DNA of 64,000 bases from Catajapyx aquilonaris (Eukaryota), in NCBI GenBank assembly GCA_000934665.2, contig JYFJ02001872.1, positions 1 to 64,000 on the forward strand, in the 5' to 3' direction. Both the position numbers and the translations under genes were made by a program. Numbering within the stretch: position 1 is the stretch's first letter; every line of letters starts with the position of its first letter. The notes under the pieces are model-generated. The model worked only from the letters and a program-made list of their open reading frames with translations. It was not told the DNA's origin and made no database searches. This document shows positions 60,701-64,000 of the stretch, one piece after another.

Positions 60701-63356
60701 GTAACTGAATGTGATACTGAAACTGAGAGGAATGTTACTCATATTGAGGTCAAATCTCTCCTATCTCATAAAGTCACTGTCACAACCTTTACTTAATATT
60801 GAGTTGTAATTTACTCAAGCTCTGAACTTGTCATACTGGGTGGAAGTGTGAAAATCTGAAATTTCTCAACAGCTGTTTGCTATTTGCTTGGTCAATGTCA
60901 ATACCACTGGGATGAATGGAGCCTACGTAAAGACTTATTAAATAATGAGCCACATATTGTGGACTCAATTTCATACAGCCACAGGTGGAAAAGAAAGTGA
61001 CCAGTGACAACTGCATAAAATATCTGAGAGCTTTGTATATCACAGATTCCGCAGTGTGACTGGGCCTCATCTCTGCCGTCAGTTGTAAGAAGACCGTAAC
61101 TCAAAAACTAGTAAGGGCGAAAGTCGCATGCATGCCGTGCACTTATCCACCCTGGCTCAGAGGGGATTAGTGCAGGGCGTGCATGCGACTTTCGCCCGTA
61201 GTGGTTTTCGAGTTACGGTCTTCTTACATCTGACGGCAGATCTGAGGCACAAGAATTTGATCAAAATGGAATACTCACCACTGAGGCTTGATAAGGGGCT
61301 CAACAATATCTTTGGAGCGGCTGCATACGGGAACCACCATTGGATTGTCCTTGGTATCTCGATATAAATTTAAGTCCTTAAGGGCCTTCAAGACAGCCTT
61401 GCGAGCATCAAACCTCTTCATACCCTGTTTAAACAAAATACTGAATGAAGATTCTATGCAATCAGGGAATTAAAATAAATTCAGTTTAAAGCTACTAGCT
61501 AATTTTTTGCAGCCTTATGAATAGTATCACTGAAATTAAATAATATTAATCACTCCTCAATAACCTAATGCCATAAAGCAATAAAAGTGTACTATCGGAA
61601 ATGATACTCACTTTGAACTGCTCACATTCACCAATGATGTTACCCTCATCATCTAGGATGGTGATGAAGGGCAAATTGTTCCTCATTCCCACCTCATAGT
61701 CATTATGGTCATGAGCAGGAGTTATCTTGACTGCACCAGTGCCAAATTCTTTGTCAACAAACTCATCACAAATTATGGGCAGACGTCTGGAGCAGAATGG
61801 ATGCTTCACAAATTTTCCATGCAGGTGCTTGTAACGGGGATCATCTGGATGTACAGCTACAGCAGTATCGCCGAGCATGGTTTCTATTCGAGTAGTGGCC
61901 ACTACAACTTCACCTTCTTCTCCATCTACCTGGTATGCAAAGGACACCAGGACCCCAAATTCAACCTTTGTTGCATAGCCTGGCACAGACAGTAGAGTAC
62001 GTCCAGGGAGCTCCTGCTTGTCCACCTCAATGTCAGAGATGGCAGACTTGAGGGTGCAAGACCAGTTGACCAATCTGGCACTCCTGTAAATGTCACCTGA
62101 GTGATGCAAGCGCACAAATGCCTCCCTAACAGCACGGGATGGTGCAGGATCCATGGTAAAGCAGACACGGTCCCAGTCCAGAGAGGAACCCAAAATGCGC
62201 AGTTGGTGATAGATGTGATCTCCCTTACTAGAAAAGAAAAATTTCTTTGTAGCCCATTGGTGCAAAAACTGTGGGGCTTTGGAATGACCCATGGGAATAA
62301 TACCAACAAAACTGGACAGGCATTGAGCTGCGAGACTTAAATTTCCATCTTGGTATGACTGCTCCTCAAATGTGAGAACCTGAGAAATCTAAACCTTTCA
62401 TTGTGTGGTGTTTGTCCTTATCTACAATTCGAATTTTAGCATGACTGCAGCAAAATCTTTGGTATTTATTGCGTGAGGCAAGATGATGCTCATGTTGCAG
62501 TGATATTTCTCCAAGCTTGGCATACTTTTAACTTACTCTTTTTTCCAATCCCAGACTTTCTGCACAAATTTCTCTCTTCCTAGGTCGTGTCGTGTGAGTT
62601 TTTCCTCTTTCCACAAACGTTTCTCCACCACTACCTGGGTAGCAATTCCAGCATGATCACAACCAGGAACCCATAGCGTGGTCCTTCCTTTCATTCGGTG
62701 CCATCTCGTCAGAGCATCCTCAATGGAATTAGTGAGCGCATGGCCCAGATGGAGACTACCAGTCACATTGGGAGGAGGGATAACCATCACAAACTTGCCC
62801 TTTGGGTTCTCCTCACCAATTTTCTTGCCCTGAAGATCATGGAAAAAAAACACATTGGGCTGATTCGGAGTTGATTTAATTGTGATCATGCATTGTATAA
62901 CTTGGTACTGCTAATTTAAGGAATAGATTATCGTACATGAACTTGTGTGAAAGCCTGCATACCCCATACTCTGGCTTGAAGAATCCTTCCTTCTCCCACC
63001 AGGCGTACCAGGCAGCCTCCACAAACTTGGGGCTGTAAGCATCAGGCATGGCCCCCGAGACGTCCTTCTTCTCTCCTGGGCGAGTGTTGCCCTGGTACAC
63101 AGCAGCCTCCTCCTTCTTCTTGGGCTCCCTCTTCGGCTTACTCTGAAAACCACATGCTCATCATCAGTATGCCGGATAACGGCAAGGAGTAACACCCACC
63201 CACCTCCACAGATTTATTATCCTTTACAGGCTGGGCCACCTTCTGCTCCTGCTTCTGCTTGAATTTTTCCATCTTGGCCATCTTCTTGGCCTCCTTCTCC
63301 AACTGCTTGGCCGTCTTGGGAGGCTGCTGCCCCTCAGCTTCGCCAACACCGTTCAT
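57762..63356 (-). CDS. VARS1: Valine--tRNA ligase (cytosolic type)
   Basis: Exons at about 63356-63204, 63142-62963, 62829-62537, 62227-61612, 61424-61279, 60687-60571, 60388-60298, 60242-60066, 59995-59874, 59808-59700, 59638-59491, 59213-58525, 58468-58354, 58199-58033 and 57977-57762. Motifs: [15 protein letters not shown] (HIGH), [34 protein letters not shown] (KMSKS), the anticodon-binding helices and a C-terminal coiled coil. The start assignment ([21 protein letters not shown]) is inferred. Confidence 0.97.
59321..59486 (-). mobile_element. 5'-truncated SINE-like retroposon with an (ATT)n tail and a 14-bp TSD
   Basis: Direct repeat CTACCTTGCGAGGT at 59307-59320 and 59487-59500. On - the insert starts CTATAGGCCACAGCCGCTTCCTTCC, a motif I recall from insect tRNA-derived SINEs, and ends in ATTATTAATTATTATTATTATT. 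Confidence 0.85.
61073..61239. mobile_element. CTGCC..GGCAG family palindromic MITE (copy 3, full length)
   Basis: ATCT|CTGCCGTCAGTTGTAAGAAGACCGTAACTC ... GAGTTACGGTCTTCTTACATCTGACGGCAG|ATCT. 4-bp TSD. Confidence 0.92.
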
Positions 63357-63499
63357 GGCTCCTTGCAGCCTGACACAACCTGTACCTCTCGAGGTGAGGA
63401 TGGTGCCCAGCAGAGCGCGGAGGCGGTGGCGGGATGTACGGCAGATAGGCAGGGGGACGTGGCTGAGGCAATTCCACCGTGCACTTTCACCATGTGGAA

Positions 63500-63790
63500 G
63501 AGAGGACAACACCGGCTCGCACGGACGCACTAGTGGCGCCACCTGACAGTTTACGCACAGTCCGCCATGTTTGACGTCACTGCACTCTTTCATCTCTGAT
63601 TGGTCCGGAGCTCAGACATGGCCGTCGGGTTTCTTCTGTTTTTGTTTTTCCCCGCGAAGTACGGCTGGCCGTAGCCTCCGTTGTGCCATGACAACGAGGG
63701 ACTGACCAGGCTGCCTGACTTCGCTGGAGATGTTCATCATCGTCGGGCACACTTACATCCGCTAGTGGAGTCCACGAGATTGCAACCAAG
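63500..63790. promoter_or_regulatory. Putative ValRS promoter, possibly bidirectional
   Basis: CCGCCATGTT (YY1-like), a palindromic CRE TGACGTCA at 63572-63579 and GATTGG (CCAAT on -) at about 63598. A + strand donor AAG|gtgcgt at about 63791 suggests a non-coding first exon of a neighbouring gene. Confidence 0.5.
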
Positions 63791-64000
63791 GTGCGTGAGG
63801 CCAAGCCTGCTGAAACACATCAAGACCTGGCAGCATGATGCACAGGTTGGCCACTTACGTACAGTGCATGCTAGCACATCAAATGTGCATGTATCTTCAG
63901 AATAATCGAGACACTGTTTCATTGTGATGTCTTCTATTACTAAGCTGAATACTTTGCCTGTTCACATTGCAAGTGGCAAGTTATTTTACACTATAATTTC

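Noticed and set aside
63591..63593. ATG at 63593 as the main ValRS start
   Set aside because: It lies among CCAAT/CRE/YY1-like promoter motifs and is probably at or upstream of the transcription start. ValRS-like sequence begins near the ATG at 63356.

Overview
This is eukaryotic, intron-rich DNA, most likely from an arthropod (inferred from many 55-120 nt introns, insect-style SINE and MITE sequences, and the protein sequences). I can assemble seven spliced housekeeping genes by hand from GT-AG phase continuity: Sec16 (+, 5' end upstream of the window), APC5/ANAPC5 (-), a matrin/U1-type zinc-finger protein with RG/RS-rich and acidic regions (+), SAPCD2 (+), a ZDHHC24-like palmitoyltransferase (-), DENND1 (+) and cytosolic valyl-tRNA synthetase (-). 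They sit in tight head-to-head and tail-to-tail pairs. Introns and intergenic DNA hold about 20 non-autonomous inverted-repeat elements (mariner/Tc1-, Harbinger-, hAT- and possibly Sola- and piggyBac-type). The most notable observations are: (1) an eEF1B-like GST-C module inserted inside the ValRS anticodon-binding domain; (2) a SINE-like insertion whose 14-bp target-site duplication copies a ValRS splice donor exactly 180 bp away, in an open frame; (3) two candidate alternative terminal exons in Sec16, one carrying a duplicated PLxFxx[TS]FP[IV]D[LI]P motif; (4) three independent fold-back elements each built from two transposon 3' ends. All homology calls are from recognition of motifs; no searches were run. 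I found no rRNA, tRNA or CRISPR array.
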